This document shows, in pieces, positions 38,863 through 50,039 of a stretch of DNA of 64,000 nucleotides; position 1 is the first letter of the stretch, and every line of letters begins with the position of its first letter. Made by a program: the position numbers and the translations under genes. The DNA comes from Planctomycetota bacterium (GTDB lineage Bacteria > Planctomycetota > PLA2 > JAEUHO01). Below the pieces are notes generated by a model. The model had not been told where the DNA came from, searched no databases, and saw only the letters and a program-made list of their open reading frames with translations. The stretch lies in NCBI GenBank assembly GCA_050248855.1, contig JBFWRP010000007.1, positions 32,001 to 96,000 of the forward strand, given 5' to 3'.

Positions 38863-40248
38863 ATGGGAGCGCCCATCTCGATGTCCGGCCCCCCCAGGGC
38901 GGCCGCGGAGCCCTCTCCCGTGAACACCACCTCGAGCATGGAGGCGGACGTCGACCACGACGCCCCCACCGATCGCATCTCCGTAGGCGAGTTCGACAAC
39001 CTCTACGAGATGGCCGTCCAGCAGTTCCAGCGGGCCGCCGACCTCATCGGCCTGGACCCGGGGCTCCGGGCGATCCTGGGTCAGCCCAAGAACGAGCTCA
39101 TCGTCAACTTCCCGATCCGCCGGGACGACGGCTCGGTGCTCATGTGCAAGGGCTACCGCATCCAGCACAACGACATTCTCGGCTGCTACAAGGGCGGCTT
39201 GCGGTTCAGCACGCAGGTGCACCTCGACGAGGTGAAGGCCCTGTCGGCCTGGATGACCTGGAAGTGCTCGCTGGCCGACCTGCCCTTCGGCGGCGCCAAG
39301 GGCGGCGTGCAGATCGACCCCTCGACGCTCTCGCCCCGCGAGATGGAGCGGCTGACGCGTCGCTTCACGCACGCGCTCGGGTCCAACATCGGCCCCGACT
39401 ACGACATCCCGGCCCCCGACATGGGCACCAACGCCCAGCACATGGTCTGGATGATGGACACGTACATGAACACCAACGCGCACGCGACGAAGAACGTCGC
39501 GCGGCACGTGGTGACCGGCAAGAGCGTCGCTTCGGGCGGCAGCCTGGGCCGCGAAGAGGCGACCGGCCGCGGCACGGTGTACTGCATCCAGTCGTGGGCG
39601 CTCGACCACGACCTCGACCTCGCCCACGCCACCGCCGCGATCCAAGGCTACGGCAACGTGGGCAGCTGGACGGGCCGCATCCTCCAGGAGGAGTACGGCA
39701 CGCGCGTCCTCACCGTGCAGGACCACACGGGCAGCATCCGCAACCCGAACGGCATCGACGCCATCGCGCTGGCCGAGTACGTCAAGAAGACGGGCGGCGT
39801 GAAGGGCTTCGAGGGCGCCGACGCGATCCCCAACGAGGAGTTCTGGAAGACGCCGGTGGATGTCATGGTCCCGGCGGCGCTCGAGTGGCAGGTCACCTCG
39901 AAGAACGCCCCCGACATCCAGGCCCGCGTCGTGGCCGAGGCCGCCAACGGCCCGCTCACCTCGCGTGCCGAGAAGATCCTGCTCGATCGCGGCATCGACG
40001 TGATCCCCGACATCCTCTGCAACTCGGGTGGCGTGATCGTGTCGTACTTCGAGTGGACGCAGAACCGACGCGGCGAGACGTGGTACATCGAAGAAGTGCG
40101 CCACAAGCTCATGCGTCGCATCACGGACGCTTACGACCGCGTGCGCCAAGCCCGCAACAAGTACAGCTGCTCGATGCGCGACGCCGCGATGGCCGTGGCG
40201 GTCAAGCGCGTCGAGGCCGCCTACAACGAGCGCGGGATCTTCCCCTAG
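38863..40248 (+). CDS. gdh: Glu/Leu/Phe/Val dehydrogenase (glutamate dehydrogenase)
   Basis: YKGGLRF, MTWKC, GGAKGG, DIPAPDMGT, VTGK, GYGNVG, EAANGP, VSYFEW; exact start uncertain. Confidence 0.93.
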   Translation: MGAPISMSGPPRAAAEPSPVNTTSSMEADVDHDAPTDRISVGEFDNLYEMAVQQFQRAADLIGLDPGLRAILGQPKNELIVNFPIRRDDGSVLMCKGYRIQHNDILGCYKGGLRFSTQVHLDEVKALSAWMTWKCSLADLPFGGAKGGVQIDPSTLSPREMERLTRRFTHALGSNIGPDYDIPAPDMGTNAQHMVWMMDTYMNTNAHATKNVARHVVTGKSVASGGSLGREEATGRGTVYCIQSWALDHDLDLAHATAAIQGYGNVGSWTGRILQEEYGTRVLTVQDHTGSIRNPNGIDAIALAEYVKKTGGVKGFEGADAIPNEEFWKTPVDVMVPAALEWQVTSKNAPDIQARVVAEAANGPLTSRAEKILLDRGIDVIPDILCNSGGVIVSYFEWTQNRRGETWYIEEVRHKLMRRITDAYDRVRQARNKYSCSMRDAAMAVAVKRVEAAYNERGIFP

Positions 40249-40279
40249 GCCCTTGGTGGCAGCGGGTACCCCCGCACCG

Positions 40280-40783
40280 ATGGCGGGGTGGCCCGACTCG
40301 ATCGACGCACCGCTTGCGGGCCTCGACCTCGGCGACGCAAGCGCGGACCGTCCGCGCTTGGTGGTCGAGGTGTGGATGGTGCGACCCGGCGGCATGCAGG
40401 GTCCGCACGCCCTCTTGCTGCGGCGATGCCCCGGGCAGGGCGGTTTCTGGCAGGGTGTGTCGGGCCGCGTGGAGGCTGCGGACGCGACGCTGCGTCACGC
40501 GGCCCGCCGCGAGGTCCTGGAGGAGACGGGCTTCGACCTGCCGCTCGAGGCGTTCTTCGACCTCGGCGGCTGGACCGTGTTCCAGGGGCTGGTGAGCCGG
40601 CGCTGGTTCGCGAAGCGGCCCCTGGGTCTGGCGCTGCCCGCGGCAGCCACGGCCGCGTTCGTGACGCTGTCCGACGAGCACGACGCGGTGGAGGACGTGA
40701 CGTTGGAAGCGGCGTTGGCCCGGCTGGCGTTCGACGACAACCGCGCGCTCCTGGCCGCGGCGGCCCGGCACGTGGTGGGCTAG
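40280..40783 (+). CDS. NUDIX hydrolase
   Basis: FWQGVSGRVE..AARREVLEETG Nudix box; LSDEH. Confidence 0.88.
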   Translation: MAGWPDSIDAPLAGLDLGDASADRPRLVVEVWMVRPGGMQGPHALLLRRCPGQGGFWQGVSGRVEAADATLRHAARREVLEETGFDLPLEAFFDLGGWTVFQGLVSRRWFAKRPLGLALPAAATAAFVTLSDEHDAVEDVTLEAALARLAFDDNRALLAAAARHVVG

Positions 40784-40789
40784 CCGCAC

Positions 40790-41710
40790 GTGGGACGGAT
40801 CCGCATCGACTACGCCGACATCGTCGCCAAGGCGCGCCCGCACGAGGACGTGAAGCGCGTGGGCGCGGCGATCGAGCGGCTCTCGGCCACGTGGCGCGAG
40901 GGTCGGGACGACTTCGGCTACGAGGACGACGCCGCACGGGCGGCGTACCTCTGGCACCTCGTGCCCGCGCACGTCTGCGATGCGGCGCGGCTGGCCGCCA
41001 CGAAGCTCGACACGCTCGACCGTGAACGCCTGGACGTGCTGTGCCTCGGCGCCGGTCCCGGCAGCGAGGTGCTGGGCCTCGTGGAGGCGATCACTGCGGC
41101 GAAGGCCTCCGGCGCGCTCGAATCCCTGCGCGACGTGCGCGTGCGTCGCGTGGACCGCGTGGCGCGCTGGGAGCGGGAGATGCGCGCCCTGGTCGAGGCC
41201 GCAGAGCCGGCCTGGCGCCTGCGCTGCCCCGACGTGGGCACCTCGTGGACGCTGCATCTGGACGAACCGTTGCTCGTGGCGGACCTGCTCGGGCCCGCGC
41301 CGGAGGCCGTGCGGGAAGCGGCGGCGCAAGCGGATCTCGTGCTGGCCTTCAACCTGGTTTCCGAGCTGCCGCCTCGCGCCGAGCCGGAGCTCCCGGCGGG
41401 TGCACGCGACGGTCTCGTCCCGCTGCTGGCGACGGCGCTCGGGCGCGGGGCGGAGGCCTGGATCGTGGACCGCGCCGGTGCCCCCCATGTGCCGCCGCGC
41501 TTTGCGGCCTTGCGCGACGCGCTGGCCGCGACGATGCGGCTGGACGTCACGGGCCCTCGCACGCGCCAGTCACGCTGTGGTTGCGCCTTCTCCCGCCGTG
41601 CCCGCCAGCTCTACCGCCACGTCCACCTGCCCACGACCAACCAGGAGGACGGCCCCGTGCGCAACTGCCGCACCTTGTGGATGGCACTGCGGAAGGCCAG
41701 GGCATCCTGA
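40790..41710 (+). CDS. putative methyltransferase-fold protein
   Basis: AYLWH, VLCLGAGPGSE, DLVLAFNLVSE. Confidence 0.65.
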   Translation: MGRIRIDYADIVAKARPHEDVKRVGAAIERLSATWREGRDDFGYEDDAARAAYLWHLVPAHVCDAARLAATKLDTLDRERLDVLCLGAGPGSEVLGLVEAITAAKASGALESLRDVRVRRVDRVARWEREMRALVEAAEPAWRLRCPDVGTSWTLHLDEPLLVADLLGPAPEAVREAAAQADLVLAFNLVSELPPRAEPELPAGARDGLVPLLATALGRGAEAWIVDRAGAPHVPPRFAALRDALAATMRLDVTGPRTRQSRCGCAFSRRARQLYRHVHLPTTNQEDGPVRNCRTLWMALRKARAS

Positions 41711-41740
41711 CGGCCGCGCGCTTCGTCGCGGGAGACCGTC

Positions 41741-41902
41741 GTGAACCTCCGTCGCCTGCTGCCCATCCTCCTGATCCTCAACGTCGTCGTGCTGCTCGGT
41801 CAGCTCGCGCCCGAGCACGCACCGCCCTTCGCGCGCGTCGTCAACATCGTCTTCCTGGTCGGCAGCCTCGCCTGGTTCGTGGACGCGTGGCGTAGGCGGT
41901 AG
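41741..41902 (+). CDS. small two-TM membrane protein (53 aa, absent from ORF track)
   Basis: GGAG SD, GTG start; NLRRLLPILLILNVVVLLGQLAPEHAPPFARVVNIVFLVGSLAWFVDAWRRR*. Confidence 0.7.
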   Translation: MNLRRLLPILLILNVVVLLGQLAPEHAPPFARVVNIVFLVGSLAWFVDAWRRR

Positions 41903-41924
41903 CACCCAGCGCCGTGCCGTGCGC

Positions 41925-42632
41925 TCAGGGCAGCCAGGGGCCCAGGTCCGCGAGAAGCGCCTCGTAGTCGCCGTCGTCGCGGACGGTCTCGCGCAGCCGC
42001 TCGTGGAACAGGGTGGCGAAACGCTTGCGTGCGCGGTGGCGTAGATGCACGAGCTGCTCGGGGCTCTTGCCGAGACGCTCGCCCAGGTCTGCGCTGCCTT
42101 CCCCGTCGGTGCGCAGGAGATCCGCCACGACCTCGGCGTAGTCCGTGTTGGTCGCACGCATGGCCCCCAGGGCCTGCTGCACGACCATCTCCACGAGGTC
42201 CGCGTCCAACGACTCGGCCGCTTCCTTGCCCGCGACGCCCTCGAGGGCCTCCTCGGGGGCCCACGCACCGGGGTCGCGCTTCTGCGCGGATTCATGCTCG
42301 AGGTGCCGCCAGACCAGGCGCTTGAGCTGCACCTGCAGCCACGCACGGAAGCAGCGGACGTCGGCCATCTCGCGTTCGAGCCAGCCCTTGTCCAGGGCCT
42401 GGTGGAACCAGGTCTGCACGAGGTCTGCGGCCTCGGCGCGGGCCCGCTGGCCCCCGCTGCGGCGTAGCACACGCTCGACGTAGCGCTCCATGGCGGGCGC
42501 GTACAGCGTGAACAAGTACGTCCACGACGTCTCCCAGTCGGGCCCTTCGCGATCGGCGAGGCGCGGCAACATGGAGCGCCGCGTGGGGATGGACGCCAGA
42601 TGGTCGATGCCGCCGACGATCGTGGCCCTCAT
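41925..42632 (-). CDS. ECF sigma-70-like factor (kinase-associated type)
   Basis: TRRSML N-terminus, W..LFTLY, AEAADLVQTWF, FRAWL, C-terminal HTH; ATGA overlap with kinase stop. Confidence 0.78.
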   Translation of the reverse strand: MRATIVGGIDHLASIPTRRSMLPRLADREGPDWETSWTYLFTLYAPAMERYVERVLRRSGGQRARAEAADLVQTWFHQALDKGWLEREMADVRCFRAWLQVQLKRLVWRHLEHESAQKRDPGAWAPEEALEGVAGKEAAESLDADLVEMVVQQALGAMRATNTDYAEVVADLLRTDGEGSADLGERLGKSPEQLVHLRHRARKRFATLFHERLRETVRDDGDYEALLADLGPWLP

Positions 42633-45600
42633 TCCGACTCCTCCAGCAACCTTGCCAGCTCGGCGCGCCACGCACGAACCTGCTGGGCGTGTGGACCGTC
42701 GTCTCCCTCTGGCGGCTCCGCGAGTGCGGCCGTGCGAAGGGCCCGCGACCAGTCATCGTGGAGCACACGGCGCAGCTCGGGGGAGGCGCTGGGCAGATGC
42801 GCTCTTCTCTCGAGAAGCCACGACCCGACCGCCGTCTGCAGCAGGAGCTCGTCGCCGCCCGCATCGTCCAGGGCGTGGAGCAGGCACTCGTTGGTCCTCG
42901 CGATGACGCGCAGCCACAAGGCCTCGTCCCCCTGGGCGTGGACGAGCGCATGGCTGGCAACCCGCTCCAGGATGGCGACCTCGCTCCGCGCGGTCGGAAG
43001 GCGAGCCCACACGTCCACGAGATGCTCCCACGCGTCGAGGACCGCCCCTCGGGAGGCCGGATCGCGTGCGAGTCCGCTGTACGCCACGGTGAAGGCCTCG
43101 ATGACGCGGAACCGTGGGTTGTCGGGGTCGGCTTCTCGCAGCCGCGCAGCCAGCTCCATCGCGGCGCGCCGGTAGCCCACGGCGGGCAAGGGAGTCGGCA
43201 GGCCGCGCGCGGCCAGCTGCGACATCGTGTGGTGCGAAGAGATCGCGATGTTGAGCCAGGTTCCGTGCTTCGCGTCGACCTCCAGGAGGCGGGAGATCGA
43301 CGCGGCCACGAGCGGACCGTCGCGAACCTGGACCGCGTCGGCCTCCGGACGCTTGCCCAGCGGGCCCTCGTACCAGCCGATGCGTCGGGCCATCAGGGCC
43401 ACGTGATCGCCCACCCAGGCCAGGTTGTCCGGACGCAGGACGGCGAGCTCACCGAGTCCTGCAATCGCCTGCTCCATGTCGGCGACCGCCTCGTCGTGGC
43501 GATCCAGCCGCAGGAGGACCGCGGCCCTGGCAGCGAGGGCGCGAGCGAGCATGCGCCGGGCCCGCAGGTCCTCCGGGTCGCTCGAGGCGAAGCCGCGCGC
43601 TTCGGCCAGGGCCCGATCGGCCAAGGTGATGTCGCCCTGGCTCTGCGGCGCGATGGCGCTCATGTGCGCGCGGAGGATGGTGAGCTCGACCGGCAGGCTG
43701 CGCAGCTCGTAGCGCGACTCGCGACCCGGATCGAGCCGCTCCAGCGCCCCGCCCGCCAACGCCGCCGACTCGTAGGCGTCCTGGTACGCACCGGCGAGCG
43801 TGAGCAACGAAGCGCGGGTCGCGTAGGCACGCGCGCGGAGCTCCGTGGCCGTCTCGTCCACGGCCGTGCGCGCCACGGCTTCCAGCAACGCGAGGGCATC
43901 GTCGGTCCGCTTCCGACCCTGCGGTGCGAAGCCGCGCGCATGATCGACCTCGGCGAGGGCCACGAGGGCCTCGGCGCGCCGGAGCAGCGCGCGCGTGTGC
44001 TCGGGGTGCGCGTCGCCGTACGTCGCAGAGGCCTGCTCGGCCTCCTCGAAGGCGGCCCGTGCATCGGGCAGATGGCCGCGTTGCAGCTCGGCGCGGCCGA
44101 GGTCCAACAGCACGCCGATGCGCCGTTCGAAGCGCGCGGGCGGATCGCCCACCACGGGCTGGGCCGCATAGTGGGCACGCGCCTGGCGACCCAGCTCGAC
44201 CAGCTCGGCCGTCTGGGCCCGCGCCGCCAGCTGTTCGCGGACCTCGTCGACCATGAAGCGCATCGTGGCCTCGGCACTCTCGCGCTGGAGGGCCTCGCGG
44301 GCTTCCGCGTCCCGCGCCACGCGCCGCGCGTCCTCGGCCTCGCGGCGCCGACCTTCGACCACCCACGCCACGGCCGAGGCCACCACGACCAATGCCAGGG
44401 CGGCCACGGCGGCGACACGGCGGCCCAGGCGGCGCCGGGCCTCGCGCTCCGCGCGTTCGACGGCCTTCCGCGCAGCGGCTCGCGTGGCGTCGAGCAGCTC
44501 GGAGGCTTCCGCATGGCCCGGCCTCAGCTCGAGGACGCGGTTGCAGGCCGTGGCGGCGCGCTCCAGCTCGCGTGCCGCCAGCGGCGCGTCCGCATCCTCG
44601 GCCACGGACAGCGCCGTGCGCGCTTCGCGGCACCACGAGGCGACTTGGCCCTCGGCCGCGGCATCGCGCTGCCACGTACGGATGGCGGCCGCCAGGTCGT
44701 CCACGGACGCCGGGCGTGCGTCGCGGGCCACGGCCAGGGCCGCATCGCAAAGGGCCGCGAGCGCCGGCGGCGCTTCGGGCTCGACCTCGAGGACGGGCGG
44801 TGGCGCCTCGGCCGCCACTTGCGCCAGGTAGGCCGGCCCGCGCCCCGGGTCCAACGGAAGGTGGCCCGTCAGGATCTCGTGCAGGATCACCCCCAGCGCG
44901 TAGACGTCGGCGCGCTCGTCCAGCGCGTCGATCTCGCCCCGCGCCGCTTCGGGGGCCAGGTACCCGGGTGTGCCGATGACGGACGTCAGCGTGCGCAGAT
45001 CGCGCACCGAGCGGAACTGCTCGACGCGCTGGCGCCAGCGGGTCGCCGCGTGATCGACGCTGCCCACGAGCTTGGCCAGGCCCCAGTCGAGCACGACCAC
45101 CTCGCCGTACTCGCCAAGGGCCACGTTGTCGGGCTTGAGATCGCGGTGGATCACGCCGCGGCTGTGCGCGTAGCGGATGGCGTCGCAGACCTTGAGCAGG
45201 GGCTCGAGCAGGTGCAGGCGCTCGCCCACGGGCTTGCCGCGCGCTTCGTCCAGTGCGTCCGCCAACGTGCGCCGTCCGCGCACGAAGCGCATCGTGTAGT
45301 ACGGCACCCCGTGCTCGGTCGCGCCGATCTCGTACACGGGCACGATGCCCGGGTGCTCCATCCCGCCCGTGATCCAGGCCTCCATGAGGAAGCGCGCCAC
45401 GCCCGCCTCGAACGTCTCGCGCTCGGACGTATCGCCCGTCGGAGCGTGGAAGCCGATCGGAGCCGGCGGCGTGACGCCGGCATCCGCGGCCGGGCCGGGC
45501 GGGCGCAGCACCTTGAACGCCACCGCCCGGTTCATCTCGCCATCGAGCGCCCAGTAGACGACGCCCATGCCGCCCTGCCCCACCGGCAGGTAGTCCACGT

Positions 45601-45988
45601 AGCGATCGGGGGCGACCGGGCGCAAGGGGTGCCGCGAACGCGCTCCCAGCTTGCTCAAGCTGCGCGAGACCTTGTCGTCGCGCCGCGAGATCGCCGCACG
45701 CAAGCGACCGTCCATGCCCCCGCGCGCGTCGAGCGCGGCACGGGACGTCCCGTGCCGCACGCGCAGCTCGCCCGCGCGCGCCCGCAAGCCCTCGACCTGG
45801 TCAGGCGCGAGACCTGCCGACTCGGCGAGGGCTTGGGCCAGCGCGCCGGCGCGCCGCGGGGCCTTCCCGTCCCACGCCCGCAGCAGCGCCATCGCGGCCT
45901 GCCGCCCGTCCACCTTGCCCTCGAGCAGGGCCAGGTCGAGCAGCAGCAGGTCCGCGAAGGCGTCGTCCTCTCCCGGCACGAGGGTCAT
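42629..45988 (-). CDS. membrane Ser/Thr protein kinase with TPR-like C-terminus
   Basis: GQGGMGVVY, VAFK, HPGIVPVY, IHRDLKPDN, LDWGLAK, GTPGYLAPE; TM helix; helical repeats. Confidence 0.95.
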   Translation of the reverse strand: MTLVPGEDDAFADLLLLDLALLEGKVDGRQAAMALLRAWDGKAPRRAGALAQALAESAGLAPDQVEGLRARAGELRVRHGTSRAALDARGGMDGRLRAAISRRDDKVSRSLSKLGARSRHPLRPVAPDRYVDYLPVGQGGMGVVYWALDGEMNRAVAFKVLRPPGPAADAGVTPPAPIGFHAPTGDTSERETFEAGVARFLMEAWITGGMEHPGIVPVYEIGATEHGVPYYTMRFVRGRRTLADALDEARGKPVGERLHLLEPLLKVCDAIRYAHSRGVIHRDLKPDNVALGEYGEVVVLDWGLAKLVGSVDHAATRWRQRVEQFRSVRDLRTLTSVIGTPGYLAPEAARGEIDALDERADVYALGVILHEILTGHLPLDPGRGPAYLAQVAAEAPPPVLEVEPEAPPALAALCDAALAVARDARPASVDDLAAAIRTWQRDAAAEGQVASWCREARTALSVAEDADAPLAARELERAATACNRVLELRPGHAEASELLDATRAAARKAVERAEREARRRLGRRVAAVAALALVVVASAVAWVVEGRRREAEDARRVARDAEAREALQRESAEATMRFMVDEVREQLAARAQTAELVELGRQARAHYAAQPVVGDPPARFERRIGVLLDLGRAELQRGHLPDARAAFEEAEQASATYGDAHPEHTRALLRRAEALVALAEVDHARGFAPQGRKRTDDALALLEAVARTAVDETATELRARAYATRASLLTLAGAYQDAYESAALAGGALERLDPGRESRYELRSLPVELTILRAHMSAIAPQSQGDITLADRALAEARGFASSDPEDLRARRMLARALAARAAVLLRLDRHDEAVADMEQAIAGLGELAVLRPDNLAWVGDHVALMARRIGWYEGPLGKRPEADAVQVRDGPLVAASISRLLEVDAKHGTWLNIAISSHHTMSQLAARGLPTPLPAVGYRRAAMELAARLREADPDNPRFRVIEAFTVAYSGLARDPASRGAVLDAWEHLVDVWARLPTARSEVAILERVASHALVHAQGDEALWLRVIARTNECLLHALDDAGGDELLLQTAVGSWLLERRAHLPSASPELRRVLHDDWSRALRTAALAEPPEGDDGPHAQQVRAWRAELARLLEESE

Positions 45989-46169
45989 GGGCGCATCCTA
46001 CGCAACGGCGTCTCCTGGGGGTCCTGGGCCAGCCCCTGGCTCGGGAGTGGTCCCCCCTCCTGTCGAGTACGGGTCCGCCCGCGTCGATCGCAGGGGGGAC
46101 CGCACTGCGATCGGTCGTGGCAGCTGCGCACAGGTCCGGTGGGCGATGGCCGCCCCTCGGAGACCCACC

Positions 46170-46379
46170 ATGCGTCGCATCCTTCGCCTCGTCCCCCTGG
46201 CCCTTGTCGTGACCTTGGCGTCCGTGGCGGGAGGCTGCAAGCCCGCCGCGCGCGTGATCACGCGTGGGGTCGTGATCAAGAACATCCGCGACCAGCAGCG
46301 GGAGCAGCGCCCGCAGCTCGTGCGGGGGACGCGCCCCCCGGCCGTCCAGCAGCGCTGGCGCGCGACGCAGGGGCAGTAA
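46170..46379 (+). CDS. small putative lipoprotein
   Basis: GGAG SD; MRRILRLVPLALVVTLASVAGG-C. Confidence 0.55.
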   Translation: MRRILRLVPLALVVTLASVAGGCKPAARVITRGVVIKNIRDQQREQRPQLVRGTRPPAVQQRWRATQGQ

Positions 46380-46392
46380 GGCCGCGTACTCC

Positions 46393-47784
46393 CTACGCCA
46401 GTCCCATCCGCAGGAGGGCGTGGGCCTTGAGGTCGGCGAGCGTGCGCACGCGGTCGCTGTCCGCCCTGGTGCCCGCGATGAAGACCGGGCCATCGTCGCC
46501 GTCCAACGACAGCACGCCGTGGCTGCCCTTGACGAGCGTGGCATCCAGCGGCACGACGTCCATCTTCATGCGCAGGCCCAGCTTCTTCTGCAGCAGGCGC
46601 CGCGCCACACGCAGCTGCGGGATGCGCAGCGTGGGATCGACGAACAGCTCGCAGGGGTCGTAGCCGGGCTTGCGGTGGATGTCGACCGTGCGTGCGTAGT
46701 CAGGCGCCTTCGCATCGTCGAGCCAGAAGGGATACGCGAACCAGGCATGCGGCTTGGCGAGCAGCACGAGCTCGCCGCTGCGCGGGTGCTCGAACCCCAT
46801 CGCGACGCGGGCGTCGTGGTCGAGCACGCGTCCGACCTCGGGCAGTCCCTCCAGCAACGCGGCGACTTCCGCGACGTCCACGGCCTCGCGCACGTAGACG
46901 TGGGCGATCTGGTGGTCGCAGACGGCGAAGGCGCGGCTGCGGAACACGTCGAGCCCTTCGCCGAAGGGCCCGTCACGGACCTCGAGCAGGCCCGCCTCGC
47001 GCAGCACGCGGTTGGGCCAGGCCACGTCGTCCACGGGCAGCAGCCCGTACTCGCTGAACACGACGACTTCGGTCCCCGTCTCGGCCGCCGCGTCGAGCAC
47101 GAGGCCCGCCGCCTCGTCGACCTCCCGCACCCGATCGGCCGTGCCGGGCGCGTGCGGACCGAACCGCTGCAGGTCGTAGTCCAAGTGCGGCAAGTAGGCG
47201 AACGTGAACGAGGGGCAATGCGTGCGCAGGGTCCACGCGGTCGCACGTGCGATCCACGTGGTGGCCGGCAGCCCGGCGCGCGGCCCCCAGAAGGAGAAGA
47301 ACGGAAACGGTCCCAGCGCGCGCTCGAGCCCCGCCGGATAGTCGACGGGGTCACCGTGGATGCCGAAGACCTTGCTGCCGTCGCAGCCGTACCAGGGCTT
47401 GGGCGTGACGCTGTAGTCGACGGGCGCGCCCTGGTTGAACCAGGCGAACACCGTGGCGCTCGTGTAGCGCACGCCGCGCTCGCGGGCGCGCTTGCGGGCT
47501 GCGACATGCACCGTCTCGCCCTGCACGAGCCGGTGCGACTGGGGCCAGAAGCGCACCTCACCGAGGTCGCGGTGGAACCAGCCGTTGCCGACGATGCCGT
47601 GGCCGCTTGGCGTCAACCCCGTGAGCGCCGTGGCTTGTGCCGTGGTCGTCACGGCGGGCACGACGCCCCCGAGGGGCCTGGACACACCCTGCTTGGCCAG
47701 CGCCGACAGCCGCGGCGCATGCTGCAGCAGCCGCGGCGTCAGCCCGACCACGTCAAGCCACAGGAGGGGGCGGACCGTGGGCAA
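46393..47784 (-). CDS. alkaline phosphatase / nucleotide pyrophosphatase family protein (EboF-like)
   Basis: LDVVGLT, PAVTTTAQ, HGIVGNGW, YLPHLDY, SEYG, DHQIAHVY, VDIHRKPGYDP, KGSHG. Confidence 0.88.
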   Translation of the reverse strand: MPTVRPLLWLDVVGLTPRLLQHAPRLSALAKQGVSRPLGGVVPAVTTTAQATALTGLTPSGHGIVGNGWFHRDLGEVRFWPQSHRLVQGETVHVAARKRARERGVRYTSATVFAWFNQGAPVDYSVTPKPWYGCDGSKVFGIHGDPVDYPAGLERALGPFPFFSFWGPRAGLPATTWIARATAWTLRTHCPSFTFAYLPHLDYDLQRFGPHAPGTADRVREVDEAAGLVLDAAAETGTEVVVFSEYGLLPVDDVAWPNRVLREAGLLEVRDGPFGEGLDVFRSRAFAVCDHQIAHVYVREAVDVAEVAALLEGLPEVGRVLDHDARVAMGFEHPRSGELVLLAKPHAWFAYPFWLDDAKAPDYARTVDIHRKPGYDPCELFVDPTLRIPQLRVARRLLQKKLGLRMKMDVVPLDATLVKGSHGVLSLDGDDGPVFIAGTRADSDRVRTLADLKAHALLRMGLA

Positions 47785-47830
47785 GCCCAGAGCCTACCCG
47801 CGGCGTGCGCGTCGCGGGGACGGCAGTGCC

Positions 47831-47872
47831 GAAACGAGACGACCCCCGCGACCGGGGATCGCGGGGGTCGTC
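47831..47872 (-). terminator. groEL terminator
   Basis: gacgacccccgcga / tcgcgggggtcgtc 14-bp stem followed by UCGUUUC on the minus strand. Confidence 0.7.
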
Positions 47873-47897
47873 GCGCAGGGTGGCTGACGTAGGGACG

Positions 47898-49559
<1,662 letters not shown>

Positions 49560-49610
49560 GCGAGGTCTCCTTCGAGGTCGGCGGGTTGGCGTGGCGCCGG
49601 GAGGGAGGGG

Positions 49611-50003
49611 TTACTTCTTCTTGCCCTTGGCCTTCTTGGCCGAAGCGCTCTTGCCGGCGGACGCCTTGCCCGCTTCGGCCTTCGCGCCACCGGCCGCCTT
49701 GGCGAACGGGGCGTCGTCGACGACGGCGAGGATCTCGCTCGCCTCGAGGATCAGGTACTCCTTGCCGCCCTCCTTGATCTGGGTTCCGGCGTAGGAGCTG
49801 AACAAGACGCGGTCGCCGACCTTGACGGCGAGCGGGACGCGCTGCCCGTTGTCGCGGGCCTTGCCCTGGCCGACGGCGATGACCTTGCCCTCCGTGGGCT
49901 TCTCCTTGGCGGAGTCGGGCAGCAGGATGCCCCCGGCGGTCTTGTCGCTGGCCTCGATGCGCTCGAGCAGCACCCGGTCGTTGAGCGGCTTGATCTTGGA
50001 CAT
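49611..50003 (-). CDS. groS: co-chaperonin GroES with basic C-terminal tail
   Basis: [30 protein letters not shown]. Confidence 0.97.
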   Translation of the reverse strand: MSKIKPLNDRVLLERIEASDKTAGGILLPDSAKEKPTEGKVIAVGQGKARDNGQRVPLAVKVGDRVLFSSYAGTQIKEGGKEYLILEASEILAVVDDAPFAKAAGGAKAEAGKASAGKSASAKKAKGKKK

Positions 50004-50039
50004 GGTTCCCTCGTCGGTTGCGTCACGGAAAGGGTGTGG

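Noticed and set aside
46049..46119. 13-bp match to the 21-bp tandem unit at 27870 and a small hairpin
   Set aside because: Low-complexity G/C run; not significant without a genome-wide count.
42689..46663. Very long antisense ORFs (also 17350-20388, 47637-50597, 849-3194)
   Set aside because: Antisense shadows of real genes caused by high GC and few stop codons.
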